Source: a bacterium
GTDB lineage: Bacteria > Patescibacteriota > Microgenomatia > UBA10105 > UBA927
NCBI GenBank assembly: GCA_021817785.1
Contig: JAKAFY010000004.1
Coordinates: 6,826-70,825, forward strand
Direction of reading: 5' to 3'
Length of the DNA: 64,000 bases
Part shown: piece by piece, positions 38,516 through 48,728 of the stretch
Position numbering within the stretch: position 1 is the stretch's first letter
Layout of the letters: each line of letters opens with the position of its first letter
The notes under the pieces: model-generated
Database searches by the model: none
What the model was told of the DNA's origin: nothing
The model's input: only the letters and a program-made list of their open reading frames with translations
Program-made: the position numbers and the translations under genes

Positions 38516-40411
38516 CTATGTTGTCGAAAGCAGGCCGTATATGCGACGGATGCCGGCACCTGCCGACTCCTCTTTTCGTATTGTAAAGTGGCCCAGTGTT
38601 CCTGTAAAGCCAACGTGCGGCCCGCCGCAAAATTCCGCGGAGAAATAATCATCGGGGGTAGCCTGTTCCGGGTCTATCCCGTCCCGCAAGCCGACAAAAT
38701 ATACGCCCACCCGGTCCGGATACTTTTGTCCGAATTCCCGCTGTGCGCCGATCGTCTCGGCGATTTCCCGCGGCATTTCGATGCGGGTGACTTTCAGATT
38801 TTCCTTAATTTTTTGGTTGACGAGGTCGGCTACTTTTTCCAATTCCTCAGGGGTGAGTTTGCGCATGAAATTAAAGTCTATGCGCAGCCGCTCCGCGGTG
38901 ATATTGCTCCCCCGTTGCTTGATAGAAGGATCAACGCACTTCTGCAAACTTGCCAACAATAAATGGTGCGCCGTATGGAGCTTCGTCGTATCTTCTCCGT
39001 GATCCGCCAGTCCGCCTTTAAACATGCCGGCTGCGGCAGTCCGCGAAAGAGCCTTATGTTTGTTGAACTCTTCCTCAAACTGAGCTCTATCCACCGTCTG
39101 CCCGGTTTCGGAGGCGATTTCGACCGTCATTTCCCACGGGAACCCGTAGGTCTCATAGAGCGTAAATGCGATTTTTCCGTCCAGAACGGCGATCTTTTTT
39201 ATTTCAGAAAGTCCCTGTTCCAATGTTTTTCCGAACCGCAACGCCTCTTCCTGCAGGAGTAAAGTGATTTCGGCAATTTTTTCGGTCACGTCCGGGTAGC
39301 TTCCCGCATATATTTCCGCCACCGGGGCCGCAAGCTTTCCGATATAGGTGAGATCCTTGGTAAGTCCCAGCTTGCGTCCATAGAGAAGCGACCGCCGTAC
39401 CAGGCGCCGCAGGATGTATCCCTGTCCTTTGTTGGACGGCAGGACGCCGTCTACCATCATCATGACCGCGGCTTTTATGTGGTCTGCCAGTATACGCATG
39501 GCCCTCGTCGTCTCGGTTTCTTCGCCATAGGTCTTGCCGGACGCGTGTTCTATGACACGGATCAGCGGAGAAAACAAATCAGAGGTAAATACGTCACGGT
39601 TATCGTTGGCGGCCGCTACCATTCGTTCCAGCCCGCCGCCGAAGTCGACATTTTTCTGGGAAAGTTCCTTTAGGCTTCCGTCCGCCTGTTTCTGGTACTG
39701 CATAAACACGGAATTGGCTATCTCCATAAACCTGCCGCAATCACAGTTGGGGTGACACGGCTCATTGCTCCATTGGGATTGCTCGTGGAGTCCTAATGCT
39801 TTGCCAAAATCAAAAAACACTTCACTGTCGGGGCCTCCCGGTTCTCCCGGCGGCATCTTTTCCGGCTCGCCGGAACGCGACCACCAGTTTTTCCGCGCAT
39901 CATATAAAAATATCCGCGCGTCCTTTGAAGCTGCGGCGGAGCGGGATTCCGCGACGTCTGCGGTGATACCGACTTCTTTATATATTTTTTTCCAGATTTC
40001 GATGGAATCGGTATCTTTTGAGACGGACTCATTCCCTTGGAAAACGCTTACATACAGCCGTTTGGGGTCCAGTCCCAGCTCACCCGTCAGAAATGCAAAT
40101 ATCCACGGCAGCTGCTCGTTCTTGAAATAATCCCCGAGCGACCAGTTTCCCAGCATTTCAAAAAACGTCGTATGCCGGTTATCTCCCACTTCATCGATAT
40201 CCTGGGAACGGAACGACTTCTGGCTGTCTACCAACCGGGTTCCCGACGGATGTTTTTGCCCCAATAAATATGGGATCAGAGGCTGCATGCCGGAAGACGT
40301 AAACAGCGTGGTCGGATCGTTTTCCGGAACCAGCGACGCAGACGGGATTACCGTATGCCCGCGCGCTTTGTAATACGCAAGAAATTTTGTGCGAACTTCA
40401 GATGACGTCAT
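38516..40411 (-). CDS. alaS: Alanine--tRNA ligase (short form)
   Basis: LFTSSGMQP, HTTFFEMLGNWS, DFGGGLER, HTAHHLL, EFCGGPH and AGIRRI motifs. Confidence 0.97.
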   Translation of the reverse strand: MTSSEVRTKFLAYYKARGHTVIPSASLVPENDPTTLFTSSGMQPLIPYLLGQKHPSGTRLVDSQKSFRSQDIDEVGDNRHTTFFEMLGNWSLGDYFKNEQLPWIFAFLTGELGLDPKRLYVSVFQGNESVSKDTDSIEIWKKIYKEVGITADVAESRSAAASKDARIFLYDARKNWWSRSGEPEKMPPGEPGGPDSEVFFDFGKALGLHEQSQWSNEPCHPNCDCGRFMEIANSVFMQYQKQADGSLKELSQKNVDFGGGLERMVAAANDNRDVFTSDLFSPLIRVIEHASGKTYGEETETTRAMRILADHIKAAVMMMVDGVLPSNKGQGYILRRLVRRSLLYGRKLGLTKDLTYIGKLAAPVAEIYAGSYPDVTEKIAEITLLLQEEALRFGKTLEQGLSEIKKIAVLDGKIAFTLYETYGFPWEMTVEIASETGQTVDRAQFEEEFNKHKALSRTAAAGMFKGGLADHGEDTTKLHTAHHLLLASLQKCVDPSIKQRGSNITAERLRIDFNFMRKLTPEELEKVADLVNQKIKENLKVTRIEMPREIAETIGAQREFGQKYPDRVGVYFVGLRDGIDPEQATPDDYFSAEFCGGPHVGFTGTLGHFTIRKEESAGAGIRRIYGLLSTT

Positions 40412-40412
40412 A

Positions 40413-40537
40413 CCGGGTTGTGAAATTTCGATCTATTATTACGCGCTCGTTTCTCGAGATTCTTTTCCTGCAATATATATCCGAATAAAAAAATCCGATA
40501 CGAGAATGTATGCGCGTATCGAAATTCTACTACCCGG
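40413..40537 (-). promoter_or_regulatory. Structured 5' leader of alaS
   Basis: Nested inverted repeats 40413-32/40518-37, 40441-46/40512-17 and 40451-56/40501-06; minus-strand TATAAT at 40548-53. Confidence 0.5.
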
Positions 40538-40574
40538 CATGTGAGAAATTATATCACGGACTGCAGCGCATGGC

Positions 40575-42671
40575 TTACGGCTGTTTCAGCCCTCCCCACT
40601 CGACGAGCGTGAATCCGTTCCGTACGAGTCTGTCCAGTGATTGCGGGGATAACGGGTGCGCAGGCTTTGCCATAAGCGGCGTATAATCCAAAAATATCCG
40701 GAAAACCGTATCGGGGACCGGCGACACCGTCATCGGAAAAAGCGTATTTACGTCATGCGTCTGCAAAAAGCTCACGCGGTAATACGGCGCATGTTTCGAC
40801 AGCATATCCGCCAGCCAATAGTCGGCAAAATCCCTCTTTTCCGTAGCATTGAGCCCCATATCCGTTAACGTGGTATCCAAAAATCCGCCCAACGCGCTCC
40901 GGTCGACGATCCATCCGCCGGAGATCGCAGGATACGCGGACGAAACCGACCCAGCCCAGAAAAGATACGGGTAGGTATTTGTCGCGCATGCGTGTGCTGC
41001 ATATTCCGATCCCCTTTTGGACGCATCGATCGCCGCGCAGTCGGTCAGAGACGGCAGAAGATTCGTGAGTGTCCCGTCCGGATGAGCCAATACCTGCCAG
41101 GAGCCGGCATACGTTGGGATATCCGTCGTCATCCGGATCGGTGTCCGAAACGTTACCGTAACGGGCGTCGGTGTTGTGGGATAGAGGTAGATCACGGGCT
41201 TACCGCACCCGCCCGGCAGTTTTATATCGTATTCGCCGAGAGCCACCCACCGCCCCCAATAATCTTTGAGAAACAAAAGCGGCGTTTTTTGTACGTATTC
41301 ATCCAGCGTGGGCTTTGGTATGCCCTTGTTCGCATCATCCCACCCCATGCCCTGGGCACCGAAGTAATCGAGTTTATTGTTGTACGCCAGGGTGAGTAAC
41401 GGATGCTTCGTATCTTTGAGCCGGTACAACGGTATGGCACCGACAGTTCCGATTTGTTCCAAGTCGGTGTCGCTTACGTTGACGATAGTTGTCGTCAGAG
41501 ACATCGCGCACGCCCCGGGGATCGCGGTCTGATAATCGGTATACAACGCGACGGATGTTGGCGTTGTTATCTCTTTGCCCAATACGCCGAGACTCGGCGG
41601 GTACACATAGTCAGGGCTTTTCGGATATGTGGAAATTTCCTTGTTCTGATATTTTTTGACGTCCTCCTGATATTGTTTTTCGGCCGCGGTATATACACGC
41701 TGACTGGCAGTATACGTGCGGATATGTTCTTTTGTAGTCATCGCGTACCGCATGGGCAGCCCTGCGGAATCTACGGCAACCACCTCGGATGTCGCCAACA
41801 GATAGCGTTGCCGCAATTGTGCTTTTGTCTTTTCTTCGGGAGTGAGTTTGCTTACGTCTGCGTTATTTGCCGCGATAGGTTGTGCGTATAGACTAACATT
41901 CGGTATGGGAGAGGTAAGTTTCGTATCAGCGGAGCCGGGAGATTCCAGTACCAGGTCATATACATCGTTTCCCTGGGCATCTTTTGCATTCGTGCGTACG
42001 GTGTTGATCGGATACGACTCCTGGTACAGTGCAAAATGTGCATCCAGATCCAGTTCTTTTGGTTGTTCCGTATCAAACACGGCAGTCGATGTCACTTTGG
42101 CCTTGTCCAGATACATATACGGATTTTGCCAGTCGGTTACCGGATAGTTCGTCGTATTCCCGTCCGGATCATCCAATACAAACTGCAGAAAATTTTTGGT
42201 GGCCAACGTAAATGAAAGCGGCCCGCCGGGTCCGAACGCGGGGCGGATAGCGATGATTCTCGTGTATCCGGTCAGCGCGCCGCGCGTAAATGTGCCGGCA
42301 CTGTAGTATGAAAAATCATTCTGTACGTGATTTAACTCGTCGTCTTGCGTCAGGGTAAAGAGCTGCAGGTTCTGATGCAAACGCGTGAGTGTACCGGAAA
42401 ATAACGGAGCAACGGCAGTGGTAGCAGAAGTCACGGAAGACGTGCCGGGCAACGGACGTGACCCGGGCAGAACCGATGATATGCCGCGCACCCCGAGGAC
42501 ATACGCACCCATGCCGCATGCTGCCAACAACGCGATGACCCCGATCACGGCAAATATGCGCTCTGCTCTCAATGAGTTCGGAAGAGGAGCTGGAGCAGGC
42601 GGTTTTGCAGTCTCATCCGATGGTGTCTTCGATGTGTTCTGTGAGGGTATGTTTTTTGCATTGGCATCCAT
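40575..42671 (-). CDS. Large membrane-anchored protein with C-terminal KPVIYLYP domain
   Basis: TM segment near the N-terminus; CGKPVIYLYP...YPYLFW...GFTLVEWGG motifs. Confidence 0.8.
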   Translation of the reverse strand: MDANAKNIPSQNTSKTPSDETAKPPAPAPLPNSLRAERIFAVIGVIALLAACGMGAYVLGVRGISSVLPGSRPLPGTSSVTSATTAVAPLFSGTLTRLHQNLQLFTLTQDDELNHVQNDFSYYSAGTFTRGALTGYTRIIAIRPAFGPGGPLSFTLATKNFLQFVLDDPDGNTTNYPVTDWQNPYMYLDKAKVTSTAVFDTEQPKELDLDAHFALYQESYPINTVRTNAKDAQGNDVYDLVLESPGSADTKLTSPIPNVSLYAQPIAANNADVSKLTPEEKTKAQLRQRYLLATSEVVAVDSAGLPMRYAMTTKEHIRTYTASQRVYTAAEKQYQEDVKKYQNKEISTYPKSPDYVYPPSLGVLGKEITTPTSVALYTDYQTAIPGACAMSLTTTIVNVSDTDLEQIGTVGAIPLYRLKDTKHPLLTLAYNNKLDYFGAQGMGWDDANKGIPKPTLDEYVQKTPLLFLKDYWGRWVALGEYDIKLPGGCGKPVIYLYPTTPTPVTVTFRTPIRMTTDIPTYAGSWQVLAHPDGTLTNLLPSLTDCAAIDASKRGSEYAAHACATNTYPYLFWAGSVSSAYPAISGGWIVDRSALGGFLDTTLTDMGLNATEKRDFADYWLADMLSKHAPYYRVSFLQTHDVNTLFPMTVSPVPDTVFRIFLDYTPLMAKPAHPLSPQSLDRLVRNGFTLVEWGGLKQP

Positions 42672-42780
42672 ACGTTCTTAGTATACGTCATACACCAACA
42701 TTATTTTATGTACGATACAATACAATATCATCACCTTCATTGACCGCGAGATATTTTTGCCCCTATACTGAAACTACTTC

Positions 42781-43581
42781 ATGAAATCATCTGCCGCCAA
42801 ATTACTGCTTCTTATCGCACTCATCATATTCCCGCTTCTTGTATGGGCCATTCTGTCCGGCCCGTCGCAGGATACGCGAAGCCGGGCCACGGACACGACG
42901 GTGACGGAAACGCCGTCCAGTACTGCCACCCCCACGTCCACTCCGTCTGCGACGCTTACACCCACCGTTACTCCCTCAGTCACCCCTACTCCGACCAACA
43001 GCCCGCCGCTGTGTCTGGGACTTTCGGCCAATCCGGGAGCAGGACCCAAACCGCTTACGGTCCATTTTGCGTGCGCGGGATATGATGCCAATAACGACAT
43101 TACCGCCGCTGAATTCGGATTCGGTGCCGGCCAAAAACAACTCGTGGAAAGCACCTCGGTCGGGCAATATGGCTCTGTCACCACGTCATATACCTATACC
43201 ACTCCGGGCACCTACAACGTGACCTGTCACGTGCGGGACAACAACAACACATGGTCCGATTATCCGTCGTATTGTACCTATTCTGTTGTCGTGTCAGACA
43301 ACGCGCTTACGCCGACGCCGTTTCGGACGCCGATGCCGACACGGGTGATGGCGGTGGCACCCGACAACGGTCCCATTATCTATAGCGGGACCATTCCCAC
43401 CGTTAGAGAGACGCCGTCCGTGACCCCTACTCCGGTGGAAAAAATTACACTTCCCACGCCGACTCCCGCGCCGTCCCTGTGGACCAACGACAAAATCAGA
43501 CAGCTCTTTATCATGCTGGTCGTCAGCGGCATCACCATCATCGTGGCCCTTTCGCTCCACGCTTTCTTCGACAGGCGATGA
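42781..43581 (+). CDS. PKD-domain surface protein with Pro/Thr linkers
   Basis: DTRSRA after the TM segment; PLTVHF...YTYTTPGTYNVTCHVRDN; C-terminal TM segment. Confidence 0.8.
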   Translation: MKSSAAKLLLLIALIIFPLLVWAILSGPSQDTRSRATDTTVTETPSSTATPTSTPSATLTPTVTPSVTPTPTNSPPLCLGLSANPGAGPKPLTVHFACAGYDANNDITAAEFGFGAGQKQLVESTSVGQYGSVTTSYTYTTPGTYNVTCHVRDNNNTWSDYPSYCTYSVVVSDNALTPTPFRTPMPTRVMAVAPDNGPIIYSGTIPTVRETPSVTPTPVEKITLPTPTPAPSLWTNDKIRQLFIMLVVSGITIIVALSLHAFFDRR

Positions 43582-43607
43582 ATTACGCTGTACAATAGAG
43601 AGTATAG

Positions 43608-43952
43608 ATGCAGATTGTTAAACAAAAGCAAACCCACTGGGTCGAGACTGCCCCAACTGCGACCGTCGAGGAGTACCTCATGCGAGAGCGCACGATCGGC
43701 GGAGCGACGTCTATTATCTCCGGCCGGTACCCGGTCAAAGGCTATGCCGTCAATACGGTTTCCAGGGAATTGGTTCTGGTTCTAAGCGGCGACGGATACA
43801 TAGGGACACCGCGGAAAAAAACGCCGATTGTTATCGGCGACTGCATCCTCATCAAACCCAAAGAAAAATATTATTGGGACGGACACATGGCGCTTTTTAT
43901 GGTTTGCACCCCCGTATGGAAATCCTCGCAGCACACCATTGTTCCGAAATAA
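43608..43952 (+). CDS. Cupin-fold protein
   Basis: ELVLVLSGDG.I, GDCILIKPKEKYYW and CTPVW motifs. Confidence 0.75.
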   Translation: MQIVKQKQTHWVETAPTATVEEYLMRERTIGGATSIISGRYPVKGYAVNTVSRELVLVLSGDGYIGTPRKKTPIVIGDCILIKPKEKYYWDGHMALFMVCTPVWKSSQHTIVPK

Positions 43953-43956
43953 TCTT

Positions 43957-44928
43957 ATGGATACGCTTCTTACCCGCATCGACAGTGCCATGACCCTTTC
44001 CAGCGTATTGGAATCGGCAGCAGGTTCATTCGGTCTCGGGAACATCCAGTCGTCCGCGACGATACTCACCGGATATCAGGATTACAATGTAGAGCTTACG
44101 ACGTCGACCGGCCGCTACGTGGTCAAAATATTTGCAAAGGATAAAACAATCCGGCGGATAGACGACGTGTTATGGGCATACGAAGCGTTTGCCAAAAAGC
44201 ACGTTCCCGTGCCAACTCTGCGGCACACGACCGACGGACAAACCCGTATGGAACTTGCCGGAGTCGAACACCCGTCGTATCTTTGCGTGTTTGACTTTTT
44301 CCCCGGAAAACCGCTGACGCGCGTTCCCGTCACCGATACTGATTTGGTCACCCTGACCAACGCCATGTCCGCTATCCACAAAACCCAGCACACCATCCAG
44401 CCGTACTACGATACTCTGGCGATTGCCAACGTACAGAAAGAATTCCAGCTGAAAAAAGACGCGCTGTCCGCGGATGAACTGTCGCTTATTACGCCGGTGA
44501 TTGCGAAATTCAGCCGCATCAAACTTCCTGCGTTTCCCCAAAGCATTATCCACGGCACATTTGAAAAAGAAAACGTGCTGAAAAATCCCGCAGGCGACCT
44601 GTGCCTTCTGGATTTCGGATGCATGGACTACAACGCATCGGTTCTGGATATCGCAACGTGTATTGCCAACGTTACCCTGTATCTGGACAAAGTGCGGCGC
44701 GACCAGGTCATCCGCGTCATGCTGGATACGTACCACGCATCGCGTCCGCTTACACCCGAGGAACGCGCAGCCCTTCCGACGCTTATCCGCTGCCAGTACG
44801 CCGCCTATGCGATCGGTATGAGCCACCACATGCGCATAGACCATGACATGAGCAAGCAAACCCAGACATGGCTGGATCGCGGATGGGACGGACTCAAGGC
44901 GTATGCCAAGGTAACCCGGATTGTGTAA
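43957..44928 (+). CDS. APH / type II homoserine kinase-like protein with atypical catalytic loop
   Basis: GYQDYN, YVVKIF, IIHGTFEKENVL and LLDFG motifs. Confidence 0.8.
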   Translation: MDTLLTRIDSAMTLSSVLESAAGSFGLGNIQSSATILTGYQDYNVELTTSTGRYVVKIFAKDKTIRRIDDVLWAYEAFAKKHVPVPTLRHTTDGQTRMELAGVEHPSYLCVFDFFPGKPLTRVPVTDTDLVTLTNAMSAIHKTQHTIQPYYDTLAIANVQKEFQLKKDALSADELSLITPVIAKFSRIKLPAFPQSIIHGTFEKENVLKNPAGDLCLLDFGCMDYNASVLDIATCIANVTLYLDKVRRDQVIRVMLDTYHASRPLTPEERAALPTLIRCQYAAYAIGMSHHMRIDHDMSKQTQTWLDRGWDGLKAYAKVTRIV

Positions 44929-44943
44929 CACACAAACGACGCT

Positions 44944-45795
44944 ATGTTGCCGTATCTTTTCGGAATTATCACATATATAGGGTGGGGGTCGGGCGACGTG
45001 TTCGGCACGTTTGCCACACGGAAAATCGGCCCATATGTCACTACATTTTGGGCATTTGCGTTTGCGGCACTCCTGGGATTACTCTATGTTCCGTTTGCGT
45101 TCGCCGATCTTTCCAGGATCACCCCGATATTCCTCGCATGCAACATACTATTAGGCATCATCTATATAGCAGGCAACCTTACATTCAACGAAGCGCTCCG
45201 TTTATCCAGCGCGCCGATCGTGGGGACGATCGGAGGGTCATTTGCAGCCCTTACCGTACTCCTGTCATTTCTCTTTCTCGGAGAGCATATTTCGCTTATC
45301 CGTACGCTGCTTATTCTTTTTGTATTCCTCGGCGTGTTTATTACCAGCACCGCACACAATCAGACGAAAGAAAAAGGATTTACCCGGGGAATACTCTTGG
45401 CACTGGTCAGTTTCTTCGTATGGGGCATCTATTTTACGTTCAATAAAGTACTGATGAGCAGGATGGGCTGGTTCTGGCCAAACTACATTCCCATTCTGTT
45501 ATTTCCGATTATTGCAATATATATGAAATGGAAACGCATTCCGTTTATCCTGCCCGACCACACCATAACTCCGTTTCTATTTCTCAATGCGCTCGCGCTC
45601 CGGGGCGGGGATTTTGCATTCAATATCGGCGCAAGTTTGGGTCTTACGGCAACTATTGCTCCTATGGGCGGCGCATATCCCACACTATTTGCCGTACTTT
45701 CCCACTTCATCTTTCACGATCCGCTGAACAAAAAACAGGTTGCGGGCATTGCCATTGCATTGACGGGGTTAGTTGCGTTAGGATTTGTAGCGTAG
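44944..45795 (+). CDS. EamA/DMT-family transporter
   Basis: About 10 TM segments; GWGSGD and LFLGEHIS motifs. Confidence 0.85.
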   Translation: MLPYLFGIITYIGWGSGDVFGTFATRKIGPYVTTFWAFAFAALLGLLYVPFAFADLSRITPIFLACNILLGIIYIAGNLTFNEALRLSSAPIVGTIGGSFAALTVLLSFLFLGEHISLIRTLLILFVFLGVFITSTAHNQTKEKGFTRGILLALVSFFVWGIYFTFNKVLMSRMGWFWPNYIPILLFPIIAIYMKWKRIPFILPDHTITPFLFLNALALRGGDFAFNIGASLGLTATIAPMGGAYPTLFAVLSHFIFHDPLNKKQVAGIAIALTGLVALGFVA

Positions 45796-45799
45796 ACCT

Positions 45800-46126
45800 A
45801 TGACCACGATGTTACTCGGCATTATCTCCTGTCAGGACCGCACAGAGGCGGATATGATCGGCCGGCATGTCTTAAAGCACAAACTGGCCGCCTGCATGCA
45901 GATTATCGACAACGTCGAGTCATCTTTTCTCTGGCCGCCCGGCACGTCGACCATCGATTATGCCAACGAAGCGCTGCTTTTGGTCAAAACCCTGGAATCC
46001 AAATGGGCAGCACTGGAAAAAGAAGTCATCAAAAAGCATTCTTACAAAAACCCCGAAATCGTCGCCCTGCCCGTGTCCCACGTAAGCCGCACATACCTCG
46101 ACTGGCTCACAAACGAATTAGCCTGA
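45800..46126 (+). CDS. cutA: Divalent-cation tolerance protein CutA
   Basis: KLAACMQI, E.LLLVKT, HSYKNPEIVALP and YLDWL motifs. Confidence 0.9.
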   Translation: MTTMLLGIISCQDRTEADMIGRHVLKHKLAACMQIIDNVESSFLWPPGTSTIDYANEALLLVKTLESKWAALEKEVIKKHSYKNPEIVALPVSHVSRTYLDWLTNELA

Positions 46127-46146
46127 TGTAGGGTATACTTACCCCC

Positions 46147-46995
46147 ATGCCGTGGTATATCTTTGCGCTTGCCAGTGCCATCTTTTTTGCATCCCAGGAA
46201 CTCCTCATGCGCGTGCTGGCCATAAAAACAAACTCGCCGAGGATTTTTTCCGTTATGTTTAACCTCTGGGGCGCGTTGTTTGCGCTTATCGCATTCGTCC
46301 TCCAGGGCGGATCATTTATGGGTTTGCGCGCGTTACCGTTATCCCAATATATGCTTATTGCGACATCGGGTGTTGCGTACGGACTGTACGAGCGGTACCA
46401 GTTTTCCGCACGCAAAGATATCGACGCATCCTCTTTTTCCGTCATTTCCAGTATGACCACCGTCATGGCGTTTATCGGCGCTATTTTCTTTTTACGCGAA
46501 TCGCTTACGATAGCCAAGGCGTTGGGTACAGCGCTCATCGTGTGTGCCTCTCTTCTTTTGGTGTACAAAAATCCCAAACTCAAACTCAATCGCGGGATGT
46601 GGTATGCGTTCCTGTGTGTGATATTTCTAGGAATTACCGGAGTGGTCGATAAACCCGCATCCGTGCATCTTCAACCGGCGCTTTTTAGCTTCCTCGTATG
46701 GTTTTTTCCCATCGTCATTATCGCGTTTCCCGGCGTTACCGCATCAGACGTTCGGAAGGAACTGCATATCGGCGGATGGAAAGCCGTACTCGCAGCCATA
46801 CTCAATGTTGTGGGTTACATCCTTTATATCCGGGCGTTTGCGTTAGCCGATGCATCGCGCGTTATTCCCGTCAGCGCGACGAGCGGTATACTTGTGGTCC
46901 TCGGTGGCATACTGCTTCTGGGAGAGCATGACCATATGAAACGAAAACTCATCGCTGGCGCCCTCGCCTTTGCCGGAGTATATTTTTTGAAATAA
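46147..46995 (+). CDS. EamA/DMT-family transporter
   Basis: About 10 TM segments; FFLRESLT and LLLGEHD motifs. Confidence 0.85.
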   Translation: MPWYIFALASAIFFASQELLMRVLAIKTNSPRIFSVMFNLWGALFALIAFVLQGGSFMGLRALPLSQYMLIATSGVAYGLYERYQFSARKDIDASSFSVISSMTTVMAFIGAIFFLRESLTIAKALGTALIVCASLLLVYKNPKLKLNRGMWYAFLCVIFLGITGVVDKPASVHLQPALFSFLVWFFPIVIIAFPGVTASDVRKELHIGGWKAVLAAILNVVGYILYIRAFALADASRVIPVSATSGILVVLGGILLLGEHDHMKRKLIAGALAFAGVYFLK

Positions 46996-47020
46996 CGGTA
47001 ATTTCATCTATAATCAACGT

Positions 47021-47557
47021 ATGCAAAAACAGGCGCTTATCCTCCACGCATGGCAAAACGGCCCGGACGCGCACTGGTACCCATGGCTGAAAAAGGAACT
47101 GGAATCGCGGGGGTATACCGTATATCTGCCGGAAATTCCGACGATGAATTCCAACGCTCCGGATCTTGATACGCAACTGCGTTTTATCGAAACATCCGTT
47201 CCCCTTACCGGCGACTGTGTCATTATCGGCCACAGTCTTGGCGCACTCCTCGCCATGCGGCTTGCGGAAAAACATACATGTACAAAAATGTTTCTTGTCG
47301 CCGGCTGGGACTTTAACGATCTTACCGTCGAACATCGGTCGTTTTGGCAAACTCCCATGGATCATGAAGCAATACAAAAGAACGTCAAAGATATATACGT
47401 CATCTCCTCAGACAACGACCCGTATATCACCGCTGTCACCGCAGAAGACATGAGCAAGCGCCTGAACGGGAAATTCATTCTTATCAAACACGCCGGCCAC
47501 TTCACGGACAAATTCGGGGTTACAAAAATTCCGGAATTACTTATGCATCTCGAATAG
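47021..47557 (+). CDS. RBBP9/YdeN-family alpha/beta hydrolase
   Basis: HWYPWL, GHSLG, SDNDPY and AGHF motifs. Confidence 0.9.
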   Translation: MQKQALILHAWQNGPDAHWYPWLKKELESRGYTVYLPEIPTMNSNAPDLDTQLRFIETSVPLTGDCVIIGHSLGALLAMRLAEKHTCTKMFLVAGWDFNDLTVEHRSFWQTPMDHEAIQKNVKDIYVISSDNDPYITAVTAEDMSKRLNGKFILIKHAGHFTDKFGVTKIPELLMHLE

Positions 47558-48725
47558 TGTTGTAAAGGTATAACGCGGCAGGAATGACGGTTACAAGTCC
47601 AATCCAGAAAAATAACCCCAGCGTTTTTCCGGAACCAATCGTATCCTGCAATCTACCGACAAAAAGTCCGGCAATACTCACGAGGAGATTGTAAAACAAC
47701 GCAATAGCCGAAAGGGCTGTGGCCCGATATCGAGAATCAATCTGGTCATTCTGCAATCGGGCCAAAATCGGCTTACGGAACCCATCTGAAAATTTCCGCA
47801 TATACACAGACGTAATCGCGCCCGCCCGACCCTCTAGGTATGATAATCCAGATCCTACAGTTTGCATGACTGCCAAAAATATGGGCATCTGTCGTTCTGA
47901 CAGTTTATTTGTCACAACCGGTATAAGTCTGGTTCCGACCGCGCGTATGAGATATGTTCCCGCTACTAAAAATCCCATACTTGCTGCGCCAAATCCGCCC
48001 TCTACCAGTCGTGGCTCGTACAAATACCAAAGTCCCACATACCCGATAAACTCCACTAAAATACTGAAAAGCGATATTGCGCCGATAAGCTGGTTACGGA
48101 ATATATGGATTGTGCCCTCGACATTCAATCGCATGTACCGTGCAAGCGTAACCTTCGTTGAAGTAACTGTGGGTTCATCAAAATAAAATACACCGATCAA
48201 TGCCCCCACAGAGGCAACCGCGGACGCCAGATATGGCAAATGAATATTAAACCGGTATAGGTATCCCCCGATAATACTTGCAATCGCCATACCTATAGTA
48301 CACCAAAAAAATGTGTTCGCCTCGGTCTTTTGATACCACTCCTTCTCTTTCCCGTTCTCTTTCAGGGAGTCGTAAAGAAGCGCGGAAAGCGCGCCGGACT
48401 CAAATGACCAGTTCGCCTGATACAGAATATTTGCGGCCAAAAACAACCAAAAATTATTGGCTACGCTATACAGCAAAAATCCCATAACCCCCAGCACGCG
48501 ACCGATAAGAATAGTGCGTTTTCGCCCGATCAGATCAGCGAGTGCTCCTGTCGGAAGCTGAAGGAGTATCCCCACCGCAAAACCGATTCCCATGATGAGC
48601 GTTATCTCGGTAAACGACAGATATGTTCTCCAAATAAACACCCAAACGCCTATGGCGACATAAAACCATTGAAAAACGGAATCTATGGTAAACACGCGGA
48701 TATTTCTTCTCCAGTTAGTTTTCAT
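47541..48725 (-). CDS. MFS transporter
   Basis: QLPTGALADLIGRK, SGALSALLYDSL and YRATALS motifs; about 12 TM segments. Confidence 0.9.
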   Translation of the reverse strand: MKTNWRRNIRVFTIDSVFQWFYVAIGVWVFIWRTYLSFTEITLIMGIGFAVGILLQLPTGALADLIGRKRTILIGRVLGVMGFLLYSVANNFWLFLAANILYQANWSFESGALSALLYDSLKENGKEKEWYQKTEANTFFWCTIGMAIASIIGGYLYRFNIHLPYLASAVASVGALIGVFYFDEPTVTSTKVTLARYMRLNVEGTIHIFRNQLIGAISLFSILVEFIGYVGLWYLYEPRLVEGGFGAASMGFLVAGTYLIRAVGTRLIPVVTNKLSERQMPIFLAVMQTVGSGLSYLEGRAGAITSVYMRKFSDGFRKPILARLQNDQIDSRYRATALSAIALFYNLLVSIAGLFVGRLQDTIGSGKTLGLFFWIGLVTVIPAALYLYNTIRDA

Positions 48726-48728
48726 ACG

